Of a stretch of 64,000 bases of DNA, positions 1 through 9,023 are shown piece by piece; position 1 is the stretch's first letter; every line of letters starts with the position of its first letter. Both the position numbers and the translations under genes were made by a program. This DNA comes from Candidatus Magasanikiibacteriota bacterium (lineage in GTDB: Bacteria; Patescibacteriota; Patescibacteriia; Magasanikbacterales; GWA2-37-8). A model generated the notes under the pieces. It ran no database searches. It was not told the DNA's origin and saw only the letters and a list, made by a program, of their open reading frames with translations. Location of the stretch: assembly GCA_963840935.1 (NCBI GenBank), contig CAWJAS010000001.1:512875-576874 (forward strand), in the 5' to 3' direction.

Positions 1-473
1 CAAAGAAATCTATTTTCGCCTCGCAAAGAAATGATTTTGAATCCGCAAAAAAATTAATCAATCAGTCAGCCACTCTTCTAAAAAAAATCCAATTATTGGC
101 AAAAACCGACAGACGTCTTGAAAACGAAGGTTCATACAAAGCAGCGCTTGAAGAATACATTGAGTCGTTTATTTTTTTTCAATGCGTTAATAATAAAACA
201 ATATCCGATATAAAAGAAATTAATGTGGATGCGGATATTTATATAAGTGGAATTTGCGATGTGCCCGGTGAACTATATCGGTATGCCATAAAATCGGCCA
301 CAGACAAAAATTTTGACATGACGAGAAAATGTTATGAATTATGCGAAGAAATTATTTTGGAATTGGTCGATATGGATTTAACGGGATATAATCGACAAAA
401 ATTCGACCAAGCAAAGCAAGCCTTGCACAAGCTTGAGCAAGTGATTTATGAAGTTGGATTAAAAAGATTATGA
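1..473 (+). CDS. Translin/TRAX-family protein, 5'-truncated by the window edge
   Basis: Frame is open from position 3 (KKSIFASQRNDF...). Motifs EEYIES and YISGICDVPGELYR resemble the translin/TRAX QEYVEA and YLLGLADLTGELMR motifs. Confidence 0.8.
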   Translation, partial: KKSIFASQRNDFESAKKLINQSATLLKKIQLLAKTDRRLENEGSYKAALEEYIESFIFFQCVNNKTISDIKEINVDADIYISGICDVPGELYRYAIKSATDKNFDMTRKCYELCEEIILELVDMDLTGYNRQKFDQAKQALHKLEQVIYEVGLKRL

Positions 474-1756
474 ATTGGTTAAAAAAAATATTTCATTGGA
501 AAATTGCGTTATTGGCAAACATATTTTATGGTTTTCCTTCAACAAAATTAATAGTGATTGGTGTAACCGGAACAAAAGGAAAATCTTCCACCTGCAAATT
601 CATCGCTTCAATTTTGGAAAACGCCGGTTTTAAAGTCGGTCTTTTATCGACCATTGAAATCCAAATTAATAAAGAAAGAATTCTAAATGACAAAAAAATG
701 ACCATGCTCGGACGCGGGTTGATTCAAAAAATGCTAAAAAGAATGGTTAACGCCGGGTGCGAGTATGCCGTGATAGAAACTTCCTCCGAGGGTATAATGC
801 AATTCCGCCATTTAGGAATAAACTATGATGTTGTTGTTTTTACAAATTTGGGAGAAGAACACTCAGAAAGACACGGAGGTTTTGAAAATTTAAAAAAAGA
901 CAAAGGCAAAATATTTGCGAATTTAAAAAAATCATCAAATAAAATTATTAATGGAAAAAAGATCGACAAAATAATTATCGTAAACGTTGATGATGAAAAT
1001 TCCGATTATTTTTATAATTTTGAGGCGGATAAAAAGATTAAATATGGAATACAAAATAAAACCGCGAATTATGTCGGAAAAATTTTATCAAGCAATGAGA
1101 ACGGTTCGGTAATTGAAGTTGATGGCGAAGAATACACAATTTCTGTTGCCGGATTGTTTAACGCCCATAACGCACTGTCCGCACTTGCGGTAGCCCGCTC
1201 GCAATCGGTTGATAATTTAGCCATAAAAGAGGGAATAAGCAGTGTGCAAAATATTGAAGGTCGGATGGAGAAAATTAAAGGTTCACAGTCTTTTCAGGTA
1301 ATTGTTGACTATGCGCACGAACCGATGAGCATCCGAGGTTTGTTTGAATCGCTCAAAAATTTTAGTGATTTTCATGGAAAATTAATCGGGGTTATTGGTT
1401 CGGACGGAGGCGGAAGAGATAAAAAAAAGCGCCACAAAATCGGGTTGATAACCGCCGAGTATTGTGATTATGTGATAGTAACGGATGTAAATTGCTATGA
1501 CGAGGATCCGAATTCAATTGCCCAGGCGGTAGCCGACGGAGCGCGAGAAGGCGGAAAGTGCGACGAGAAATCACTTTTTGTTGAAATTGACCGTTTTAAG
1601 GCGATTGAAAAAGCTTTTCTACTCGCAAAAGCCGGAGACATTGTTGTTATTACGGCAAAAGGCAGTGAGCCGTTTATTGCCGTGGCCAAAGGAAAAAAAA
1701 TTCCATGGGATGACAGAAAAATAGCGAAAAATATTTTAGAAAAAATGGGGTACTAA
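470..1756 (+). CDS. murE: Mur ligase, MurE-like (UDP-MurNAc-tripeptide synthetase)
   Basis: IGVTGTKGKSST P-loop, ETSSEG, FTNLGEEH, GRME, VDYAH and GGGRDKKKR motifs. Confidence 0.85.
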   Translation: MNWLKKIFHWKIALLANIFYGFPSTKLIVIGVTGTKGKSSTCKFIASILENAGFKVGLLSTIEIQINKERILNDKKMTMLGRGLIQKMLKRMVNAGCEYAVIETSSEGIMQFRHLGINYDVVVFTNLGEEHSERHGGFENLKKDKGKIFANLKKSSNKIINGKKIDKIIIVNVDDENSDYFYNFEADKKIKYGIQNKTANYVGKILSSNENGSVIEVDGEEYTISVAGLFNAHNALSALAVARSQSVDNLAIKEGISSVQNIEGRMEKIKGSQSFQVIVDYAHEPMSIRGLFESLKNFSDFHGKLIGVIGSDGGGRDKKKRHKIGLITAEYCDYVIVTDVNCYDEDPNSIAQAVADGAREGGKCDEKSLFVEIDRFKAIEKAFLLAKAGDIVVITAKGSEPFIAVAKGKKIPWDDRKIAKNILEKMGY

Positions 1757-1757
1757 T

Positions 1758-2387
1758 ATGTCGATTTCTTCAAAAATAGAATTGCGCCAAGATGAGTCAA
1801 TAGCCTTTACCGTCAGGCCGTCTCATTTGAATTGTTTTTGGAGCTACTTACTCGCTTTAATAATAATTTTTGGCGCTTCATTTTTTGCTTTTTGGTTAAT
1901 ACTGCAGAATTGGTACGGTATTGCCGTTTTAGTTTCGTCCGGTTTGGCTTCTTTGGCTTTAATATTCAGAGCCAGATCAAAAATTAACAGTAATTATTGG
2001 GTCCTCACCAATAAACGTCTGGTCGATGTGGAAAAACACGGGTTTTTTAAAGACACGATTAGCAATGTTGAATTTAATCAGATTACCGATGTTCATGTTA
2101 AGCGTGGCGGTTTGCGATCTCTGTTGTTTGGGCTGGGCGATTTGGTAATTGACGCCGGGAATGAAGATTATGCCATATCAATCAATGGCATAAAAGACCC
2201 GCAGGTGATTTTGGATAGTATAATGAAATTAGCGGATAATGCCGACTATAACAGGTTTCTTAATGATTCAAAATCAGTAATAAAAAGCTTGTTTAAAATA
2301 TTGCCCACACTTACCATTGAAGAAATTCAGGAAATTATTAATCGTTTGAAAAATCGTTTAATAGAATACCAAGAAGATGATGAATAA
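1758..2387 (+). CDS. Membrane protein with bacterial PH domain (bPH_2-like)
   Basis: Two N-terminal TM segments, then YWVLTNKRLVDV...ITDVHV...LFGLGDLVI. Confidence 0.65.
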   Translation: MSISSKIELRQDESIAFTVRPSHLNCFWSYLLALIIIFGASFFAFWLILQNWYGIAVLVSSGLASLALIFRARSKINSNYWVLTNKRLVDVEKHGFFKDTISNVEFNQITDVHVKRGGLRSLLFGLGDLVIDAGNEDYAISINGIKDPQVILDSIMKLADNADYNRFLNDSKSVIKSLFKILPTLTIEEIQEIINRLKNRLIEYQEDDE

Positions 2388-2393
2388 CGAAGT

Positions 2394-2804
2394 ATGAATA
2401 AGAATCAAAATAGCTGGCTTGCCATATTTTGGTCCAAATGGTTTATATTAATCGTTTTGATTTGTTTATTTTTTGTTATTTTTGCGTTGGTCAGGTCGTA
2501 TTTTCAAGACCTTCAAGTTAAGCAAGAGATTGAAAGATTGAGAGCCGAAGCCACTGCATTGGAAGCCAAAAAGCTTGAGACAATCGAAATTTTACGATAT
2601 ATTAAATCGGACGAATTTGTTGAAGAGAAGGCAAGAACCGAGTTCAATATGCAAAAACCAGGCGAAAATGTGTATATTATTCAAGCAGAGAACGAGTTGG
2701 GTCAGGCGTCCATAAACAATGGACAAGTGGATAAAAATAATATAGAATTAATAAGCGTAAAAAATCCAATAAAATGGTTAAATTTATTCATCAAAGCAAA
2801 TTAA
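2394..2804 (+). CDS. ftsB: Septum formation initiator (FtsB/DivIC family)
   Basis: Single TM, coiled coil, VEEKARTEFNMQKPGE motif. Confidence 0.8.
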   Translation: MNKNQNSWLAIFWSKWFILIVLICLFFVIFALVRSYFQDLQVKQEIERLRAEATALEAKKLETIEILRYIKSDEFVEEKARTEFNMQKPGENVYIIQAENELGQASINNGQVDKNNIELISVKNPIKWLNLFIKAN

Positions 2805-2814
2805 TAATATTTTT

Positions 2815-3852
2815 ATGGAGAATAACATGGAACAAAAAAATACAGTTGAATCAGCCGGTGTCGAGGTAAAAGTTGGTAAAAAAGAAAACGTGAATATGAT
2901 GATGTTTGTTTACGGATTCGCGGGTTTTATAGGTATTTTCGCATTAATATTTGCATTATACGGAGTAGTAAGAGTTTACGCGCAAGGCGCGACTGACGGT
3001 GCCACAAAAGTTGTTTCTACCGTGCTTCGCTTGCCCCTGGCCAAGGTTGATGGCCATGTTATCAGGTATTCAGAATATTTGAGCGACTTAAAAGCCATTC
3101 ATACTTTGAATGATTATGAAAAAGAGAATGGGGGTTTGACGGTTGCTCTGGATGATACACAAATGAGCGACCAAGTTGTTTGGAGATTAGTTAATAATAT
3201 TATTGTGTCCGACCTTGGTAAAGCATACGGAATAACGGTTGCAAAAGAAGACGTGGAAACTTTAAAAACCCAAATGACCGACCAATTTGAGTCCGTGCAA
3301 GCGGCAGAGGAAGAATTAATGAAACGATACGGTTGGACAATGGAAGTTTATGAAAAAAAGGTTATTAAACCGTTTGTCCTTCAAAATAAAATTGCGGAAA
3401 AATTGGAATTAGACCAGACCTTGCGTGAAGATGTGTACAAGCGAGCGGAAAAGGTTTTGGGTGAAATTTTAGGAGGAGCGAATTTTGAAGAAATGGCGCA
3501 GAAATATGGAGAAGACGGAACGGCGGAAAGTGGAGGCGATTTGGGTTGGTTTGGAAAAGGGGATATGGTGCCACAATTTGAAACGGCTGTATTCGCGCTT
3601 GAAAAAGGAGAAGTTTCAAAAGAATTGGTTGAAACACCATTCGGTTATCATGTTATCAGGCTTGATGATAAAACGACAGAAAAAGAAAAAGACGCGGAAA
3701 CCGGAAAAAACGTTAGTGTTGAAAAGGTAAGCGCCCGGCACATCGTATTCTTATTCCCGTCCCTTGAAAGCGCGCTTGATAAAGCAATAAAAAATGTTCA
3801 GATTGGCTGGTATGTGAAAAAAATTCACAATCCGCTAAATGAAATAGAATAA
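2815..3852 (+). CDS. Parvulin-type peptidyl-prolyl isomerase (PrsA/SurA-like foldase)
   Basis: N-terminal TM, SurA-N-like region, FEEMAQKYGED..GGDLGWF..MVPQFE..TPFGYHVI rotamase signature. Confidence 0.9.
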   Translation: MENNMEQKNTVESAGVEVKVGKKENVNMMMFVYGFAGFIGIFALIFALYGVVRVYAQGATDGATKVVSTVLRLPLAKVDGHVIRYSEYLSDLKAIHTLNDYEKENGGLTVALDDTQMSDQVVWRLVNNIIVSDLGKAYGITVAKEDVETLKTQMTDQFESVQAAEEELMKRYGWTMEVYEKKVIKPFVLQNKIAEKLELDQTLREDVYKRAEKVLGEILGGANFEEMAQKYGEDGTAESGGDLGWFGKGDMVPQFETAVFALEKGEVSKELVETPFGYHVIRLDDKTTEKEKDAETGKNVSVEKVSARHIVFLFPSLESALDKAIKNVQIGWYVKKIHNPLNEIE

Positions 3853-3863
3853 TAATATTAGAT

Positions 3864-3889
3864 TAAAGGCGGGGTTAATCCCGCCTTTA
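3864..3889 (+). terminator. Hairpin after prsA-like gene
   Basis: TAAAGGCGGGG-TTAA-TCCCGCCTTTA inverted repeat. Confidence 0.55.
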
Positions 3890-3896
3890 TCAAATC

Positions 3897-3967
3897 GCGA
3901 GTGTAGTACAATGGTAGTATACTTGCTTCCCAAGCAAGGGACGCGGGTTCGATTCCCGTCACTCGCT
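3897..3967 (+). tRNA. tRNA-Gly(CCC)
   Basis: Acceptor GCGAGTG/CACTCGC, anticodon arm CTTGC-TTCCCAA-GCAAG, T-loop TTCGATT; CCA not encoded. Confidence 0.95.
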
Positions 3968-3990
3968 CAAGGCGAGATATTTTATTTTAT

Positions 3991-4063
<73 letters not shown>

Positions 4064-4066
4064 CGC

Positions 4067-4095
4067 AAGCGACCCAATAGTTTGGGTCGCTTTTT
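4067..4095 (+). terminator. Intrinsic terminator after the tRNA pair
   Basis: AAGCGACCCAA-TAGT-TTGGGTCGCTT followed by a T tract. Confidence 0.75.
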
Positions 4096-4134
4096 ATTTT
4101 GTAAAAATTATGTTATAATAATTTTGCCTTTTTT

Positions 4135-4815
4135 ATGATAAAGCTTGACCAATTAAGTAAAATTTATTCAAAAGATTCAATAGGGCTACGAGATATTAAC
4201 CTGCATATAGATGCCGGTGAATTTGTGTCTATTGTCGGTCAAAGCGGAACCGGAAAATCAACATTGGTAAAAATTTTAATTGCCGAAGAAAAACCGACAA
4301 AAGGCAGTGTAATGATCGGGGATTGGGATATTACTCGCATATCATCGGCTGATATTCCATATTTGCGACGTCAGATTGGCGTAATTTTTCAAGATTTTAA
4401 ACTTTTAAATAAAAAAACAGTCTACGAAAACGTGACTTTTGCTCTTGAGGTTGCCGGCGAGTCTTCAAGTAGAATTAAAAGTGTTGTGCCTCAAGTTCTT
4501 GATATTGTCGGTCTTTCCGAAAAAGGCAGACGGTATCCTATGCAACTATCAGGCGGAGAACAACAAAGGGTAGCCATCGCGCGGTCTTTGGTTCACAGGC
4601 CAAAAATCATGATAGCCGATGAACCGACCGGCAATCTTGATTCTTTGAACACCGTCGAAATAATAGAAATTCTCAAAAAAATAAATGAGTTTGGTACGAC
4701 AGTGTTGCTCGCGACTCATAACAGAGAAATTGTTAATAATTTACGTCGTCGGGTTATTACTTTGCGAGGCGGAGAAATAATTTCTGACGAGAAAGAAGGT
4801 AAATATCGTTTATGA
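4135..4815 (+). CDS. ftsE: Cell division ABC ATPase FtsE
   Basis: GQSGTGKST, LRRQIGVIFQDFKLL, LSGGEQQRV, ADEPTGNLD; coupled to ftsX. Confidence 0.95.
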   Translation: MIKLDQLSKIYSKDSIGLRDINLHIDAGEFVSIVGQSGTGKSTLVKILIAEEKPTKGSVMIGDWDITRISSADIPYLRRQIGVIFQDFKLLNKKTVYENVTFALEVAGESSSRIKSVVPQVLDIVGLSEKGRRYPMQLSGGEQQRVAIARSLVHRPKIMIADEPTGNLDSLNTVEIIEILKKINEFGTTVLLATHNREIVNNLRRRVITLRGGEIISDEKEGKYRL

Positions 4816-5720
4816 GGTCATTTTGGAGAGTAATAAAATTCGCTTTTCAGGATTTGGGTCGCAATATCGGTCTATCATTCATGACTGTATTTATTTTGAT
4901 TTTAATGCTACTTTCCATCAATGTTTTGTGGTCGGTTGATGTATTAACAAAAGAAGCGGTCGGACTGGTAAAAAATCAGATTAATTTGAGCCTGTATTTT
5001 AAACCGGAAACAACTGATAAAGAAGTGCAATTATTAGCCGAGTATTTAATTCAATATTCTCAGGTTGAGAAATTAGAAATAGTATCTCAGGAAGAAGTGT
5101 TAAAAACTTTTCAAGAAAGACACGCGCTAAATGAAGAAATTTTGACGGCGTTGGATGAATTGAACGCAAATCCGTTTGGTTCAACAATAATTGTTAAAAC
5201 AAATGAACCGGAAGATTTTAAAATTATTTTATCGGCTCTTGATGTGCCCGAATATGAAAACATGATTGAAACCAAAAGTTTTGAGGGTCACGAGGAAGGC
5301 ATTGATAAAATACAAAATATAACAAATAGAGTAGAAAAAATGGGCTTCAGTTTGACGATATTATTCGCAATTATTTCTTTTTTAATTATTTTTAATACGG
5401 TCAGAGTGGCTATCTTTACCCATCGAGTTGAAATCAGCATCAAAAGATTGGTGGGGGCCTCCAGCTGGTTTATCAGGGGGCCATATATTGTTGAGTCAAT
5501 TATATTCACCATATTAAGCGTAGCATCAACAATGGCATTGGTTTTTATCGGCTTAGGTCTTGTCGACCCATATATTTCTATTGTTTTCCCGAATGGTTTT
5601 AGCTTGACAAATTACTATAATTCCAATATTCTTATGCTGTTCGGTTTGCAAGCGTTTGCCGTACTCGTCCTTACAACTATCTCCAGTTTATTAGCCATGA
5701 GGCGTCAATTGAAGATTTAG
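4812..5720 (+). CDS. ftsX: Cell division permease FtsX
   Basis: 4 TM with a large loop; NTVRVAI..EISIKRLVGASSWFIRGPYIVE. Confidence 0.93.
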   Translation: MRSFWRVIKFAFQDLGRNIGLSFMTVFILILMLLSINVLWSVDVLTKEAVGLVKNQINLSLYFKPETTDKEVQLLAEYLIQYSQVEKLEIVSQEEVLKTFQERHALNEEILTALDELNANPFGSTIIVKTNEPEDFKIILSALDVPEYENMIETKSFEGHEEGIDKIQNITNRVEKMGFSLTILFAIISFLIIFNTVRVAIFTHRVEISIKRLVGASSWFIRGPYIVESIIFTILSVASTMALVFIGLGLVDPYISIVFPNGFSLTNYYNSNILMLFGLQAFAVLVLTTISSLLAMRRQLKI

Positions 5721-5724
5721 CTGA

Positions 5725-5798
5725 TCCGGGGTCGTCTAAAGGTAGGACGACAGCCTTTGAAGCTGTTTATCTTGGTTCGATTCCAAGCCCCGGAACCA
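5725..5798 (+). tRNA. tRNA-Gln(TTG)
   Basis: Acceptor TCCGGGG/CCCCGGA, anticodon arm ACAGC-CTTTGAA-GCTGT, T-loop TTCGATT, encoded CCA. Confidence 0.95.
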
Positions 5799-5848
5799 CG
5801 GCGTTTTACTGCCGTTTTTTGTTTCAAAATCAAAAAAGGAGGAGGGTG

Positions 5849-6277
5849 ATGCCAGTAGCGGAAATGATGGAAAAAGGCACCAAAAAAATGAGGCTGTCCG
5901 TTCTTTTGGGGGTTTTAAAGACCATGAAAGGCTTCTTTGAATTATGCAGACGCCGTATTAATAATACGTCGCCTGTGATTGCTGTTCCGGTGTCTTTTAT
6001 TGATCGTTTGGATTCTGTCGATGATGATATCCAAATTTTGATTATTTCAGTTAAAGAAGCGATAGATAAGCGCGGAAAAAAAATCGACGCTCCTTCGCTT
6101 GACGCGGTTATGGATTCAGTGATGGCAATTCACTGCCTCTCGGAGATGTGTTATGATCCCGATGGTAATCAAACAATATTCAAAGAAACCATCTGTGAGA
6201 TTGAGCAAGAATCCAAAAAATACACGCGTTGGCTCAATCGGAGTTATCGTTATTTGAGCGAGTACATCACTCCTTGA
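5849..6277 (+). CDS. Hypothetical helical protein (orphan)
   Basis: In-frame ATG at 5849 preceded by a strong AAAGGAGG motif; followed by a terminator-like hairpin at 6300-6329; no recognisable motifs. Confidence 0.55.
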   Translation: MPVAEMMEKGTKKMRLSVLLGVLKTMKGFFELCRRRINNTSPVIAVPVSFIDRLDSVDDDIQILIISVKEAIDKRGKKIDAPSLDAVMDSVMAIHCLSEMCYDPDGNQTIFKETICEIEQESKKYTRWLNRSYRYLSEYITP

Positions 6278-6352
6278 ACAACGATACCTCCTTTCTTTTA
6301 CCGGTCTGAAAATGACCGGTTTTCTTTTTAAAAAGATTTTTGATATAATATA

Positions 6353-7072
6353 GTGAATAAGATTATGAAAGAAGCGGTTATAAAATTTAAACAATCAATA
6401 TTTACCGTTGACACTTGCGATGAAGCCGGCCAGAGCGTGCTCGCGGAAATATTTAAATATCGCGAATATCGCAGGGCGGATGAGGCTATTATATCGGCTT
6501 CAGACGACGAATATATTGTTGACGCGGGAGCGCATTTTGGTTTCTTTGCGCTTTACGCGCGTGCCCTCAATCCCGATGTTCAAATAATTTGCCTTGAACC
6601 GAACGAGAAAAATTTTTTGATTTTGCAAAACAATATCAGTAAAAATAAAATAAAAAAAATTAACGCTTTAAATATCGGTCTATCATCAAAATCCGGCAAA
6701 CGAAAGTTCACTGTTTCAAATGACAGCCATGATAGTAAAATGGTAGGGGATAACGAGGAATTTGAAGGTGGGTTTTATTCAAAACAAACCGAATCTTTGG
6801 CAAATTTGGTAGTTGATAATAAAATTAAAAAAATCGCTTTATTAAAAATGGATATAGAAGGAGCGGAATTTGAAATAATTAAAAATGCCCATGACAATGA
6901 CTTTGATTCCGTGTTAAATATTGTTATGGAGTATCATAATTGTGAAAAAGATTCTTACAGAATTATCGAGCAAAATTTACGTCAAAAAGGTTTTAGTGTG
7001 GAAATTTTTCCTTCAAAATTTGATAATAAGCTCGGTTTTATTTTTGCGAGGAATAAAAGAATAAAAAAATAA
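6353..7072 (+). CDS. FkbM-family SAM methyltransferase
   Basis: IVDAGAHFGFF, LEPNEKN, LLKMDIEGAEFEI. Confidence 0.9.
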   Translation: MNKIMKEAVIKFKQSIFTVDTCDEAGQSVLAEIFKYREYRRADEAIISASDDEYIVDAGAHFGFFALYARALNPDVQIICLEPNEKNFLILQNNISKNKIKKINALNIGLSSKSGKRKFTVSNDSHDSKMVGDNEEFEGGFYSKQTESLANLVVDNKIKKIALLKMDIEGAEFEIIKNAHDNDFDSVLNIVMEYHNCEKDSYRIIEQNLRQKGFSVEIFPSKFDNKLGFIFARNKRIKK

Positions 7073-7083
7073 ACGATTATTTT

Positions 7084-8415
7084 ATGGAAGACAAAGCATG
7101 GGTCGTGGCGGTGGACATGGGTTACGGCCATCAAAGAGCCGCTTATCCTTTACGTCGTTTTTCACCCGATGGAAAAGTTATTAATGCCAACAATTATCCC
7201 GGAATTCCGGCAAGTGATTTGCGTGTCTGGAAAAATTCACGCTATTTTTATGAATTTGTTTCCCGACTGACAAATATCCCGCTCATTGGTGGGTACATTT
7301 TTAATTTGTACGATAAATTGCAACGAATTCCCGAATATTATCCCCGTCGTGATTTAACAAAACCCTCTCTTCAGGTAAGAACGCAATATAGCTGGATAAG
7401 GCGGGGGTGGGGAAAAGATTTGGTTGAGTATTTAAATCAACAAGATATTCCGCTTATCACAACCTTTTTTACGGTTGCATTTTTGGCAGAAGAACATGGT
7501 TTTAAAAATGATATATATTTGGTAGTATGCGATTCGGATATTAGCCGAGCTTGGGTGGCGCTTGATTCATCACGAAGCAGAATTAAATATTTGGCTCCTT
7601 GCCGAAGGGTGGTCGACAGGTTAAAAGAATACGGGGTTAAACAGAGTAATATTTTTTTAACCGGGTTTCCTTTACCGGAAGAAAATTTGGGTGGATCATC
7701 TCTTAAAATTCTTAAATCCGATTTAGCCGAGAGATTGATTAATTTGGACCCGGAAAAAAGATATAGAAAAAAATATGCGGAAACCATTAAACATTTTATA
7801 AGAGACATAAAAATTGACGCTCGCCATCGCCATCCATTGACTGTCACTTTTGCGGTCGGAGGTGCCGGCGCGCAAAAAACACTGGCTGAAGATATTTTGA
7901 TGAGTTTAAAAAAGAAAATTTTAGGCGGTGAAATTAATTTTAATTTGGTTGCCGGCGTGCGAAACGACGTGTTCAAATATTTTCACAAAAAAATAATATC
8001 TTCCGGATTAAATAAAGCGTATGGAAAGAATTTGAATATTATTTATGAGTTGCACAAAGAAGACTATTTTAAAAAATTCAGCGCCGTTTTGCGTAATACC
8101 GATATTTTGTGGACCAAGCCGAGCGAACTTGTTTTTTATTCAGCGCTCGGTCTTCCAATAATCACCGCGCCTCCCATCGGGTCACAAGAGAAATTTAACA
8201 AAACTTGGTTAAAAACAATAGGCGCGGGAATATTTCAAGACAATCCAAAATATACGCACGAATGGCTTTTTGATTGGGTTGAGTCAGGTTGGCTGGCTGA
8301 GGCGGCAATGTCCGGGTTTTTGGATGGACGACAATTTGGTGTTTTGAATGTTGAAGATGTTGTATTTAGGGGCGCGGAAAGACCGGATGAAGACGATATT
8401 CTTACCGAATTTTAA
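7084..8415 (+). CDS. Putative GT-B glycosyltransferase (GT28/MGDG-synthase-like motifs)
   Basis: DMGYGHQRAA, TGFPL, GGAG, DILWTKPSE, PIGSQEKFN. Confidence 0.55.
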   Translation: MEDKAWVVAVDMGYGHQRAAYPLRRFSPDGKVINANNYPGIPASDLRVWKNSRYFYEFVSRLTNIPLIGGYIFNLYDKLQRIPEYYPRRDLTKPSLQVRTQYSWIRRGWGKDLVEYLNQQDIPLITTFFTVAFLAEEHGFKNDIYLVVCDSDISRAWVALDSSRSRIKYLAPCRRVVDRLKEYGVKQSNIFLTGFPLPEENLGGSSLKILKSDLAERLINLDPEKRYRKKYAETIKHFIRDIKIDARHRHPLTVTFAVGGAGAQKTLAEDILMSLKKKILGGEINFNLVAGVRNDVFKYFHKKIISSGLNKAYGKNLNIIYELHKEDYFKKFSAVLRNTDILWTKPSELVFYSALGLPIITAPPIGSQEKFNKTWLKTIGAGIFQDNPKYTHEWLFDWVESGWLAEAAMSGFLDGRQFGVLNVEDVVFRGAERPDEDDILTEF

Positions 8416-8438
8416 CCTTTTTGGGTTTTTATTCTCGC

Positions 8439-8467
8439 TTGACAGGGCAGGTTATTTATTATATAAT
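8439..8467 (+). promoter_or_regulatory. Consensus sigma70 promoter upstream of the GIY-YIG/tRNA-Asn locus
   Basis: TTGACA-N17-TATAAT, exact consensus. Confidence 0.8.
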
Positions 8468-8488
8468 TTAGGCCGTAAATTCATTGAA

Positions 8489-8532
8489 AATTTATTCCGG
8501 GGTAGCGCTCCGCCAGCTGGCGGAGGTAGCGC
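8489..8532 (+). repeat. Duplicated 5' end of tRNA-Asn interrupted by a 16-bp palindrome
   Basis: AATTTATTCCGGGGTAGCGC identical to 8789-8808; TCCGCCAGCTGGCGGA replaces D-loop AGC; then GGTAGCGC. Confidence 0.9.
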
Positions 8533-8544
8533 CAAAATTAATAT

Positions 8545-8805
8545 ATGTATCAAAAAAAATTTTATATTTATGCCATATATAATTCCAAATGCGGTAAAAT
8601 ATATATTGGGCAAACAATAAATTTAAATGACCGTTTAAATTTACATAATTGTAAAATATTCAGAGGTTACACTTCTAAATTTGAGGGTTCTTGGATAATA
8701 ATTTACAAGGAGGAAGTAAATACTAGGCAAGAGGCTTTAAAAAGAGAAAAGCAGTTAAAAAGTTATAGGGGTCGTGAATTTATTAAACAATTTATTCCGG
8801 GGTAG
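8545..8805 (+). CDS. Small GIY-YIG nuclease
   Basis: FYIYAI...KIYIGQTINLNDRLNLHN...YT...EALKREKQLK; its TAG stop lies inside tRNA-Asn. Confidence 0.92.
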   Translation: MYQKKFYIYAIYNSKCGKIYIGQTINLNDRLNLHNCKIFRGYTSKFEGSWIIIYKEEVNTRQEALKREKQLKSYRGREFIKQFIPG

Positions 8806-8867
8806 CGCAGCGGTAGCGCAGTTGACTGTTAATCAATTGGTCGTGGGTTCGAATCCCACCCCCGGAG
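8796..8867 (+). tRNA. tRNA-Asn(GTT)
   Basis: Acceptor TCCGGGG/CCCCGGA, D-stem GCGC/GCGC, anticodon arm GTTGA-CTGTTAA-TCAAT, T-loop TTCGAAT. Confidence 0.95.
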
Positions 8868-8870
8868 CAT

Positions 8871-8905
8871 AATAAACATACCACCGATAAGGTGGTATGT
8901 TTATT
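8871..8905. terminator. Perfect 15-bp hairpin after tRNA-Asn
   Basis: AATAAACATACCACC-GATAA-GGTGGTATGTTTATT. Confidence 0.7.
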
Positions 8906-8911
8906 AAATTT

Positions 8912-9020
8912 GAGGTGAAAGGATTCGAAGTTTATGCCCCGAGAACTCCGCCAACTGGCGGAGTGAAGGGGTAAATCCCACCCCCGGAGCGAAAAAAAAT
9001 GGCCTGAAGGCCATTTTTTT
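8912..9020 (+). repeat. tRNA-3'-end fold-back unit 1 plus terminator hairpin
   Basis: GGATTCGAA (inverted T-loop) ... palindrome 8947-8962 ... AATCCCACCCCCGGAGC (8974-8990, 17/17 to the tRNA 3' end), then AAAAAAATGGCC-TGAA-GGCCATTTTTTT. Confidence 0.8.
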
Positions 9021-9023
9021 GTA

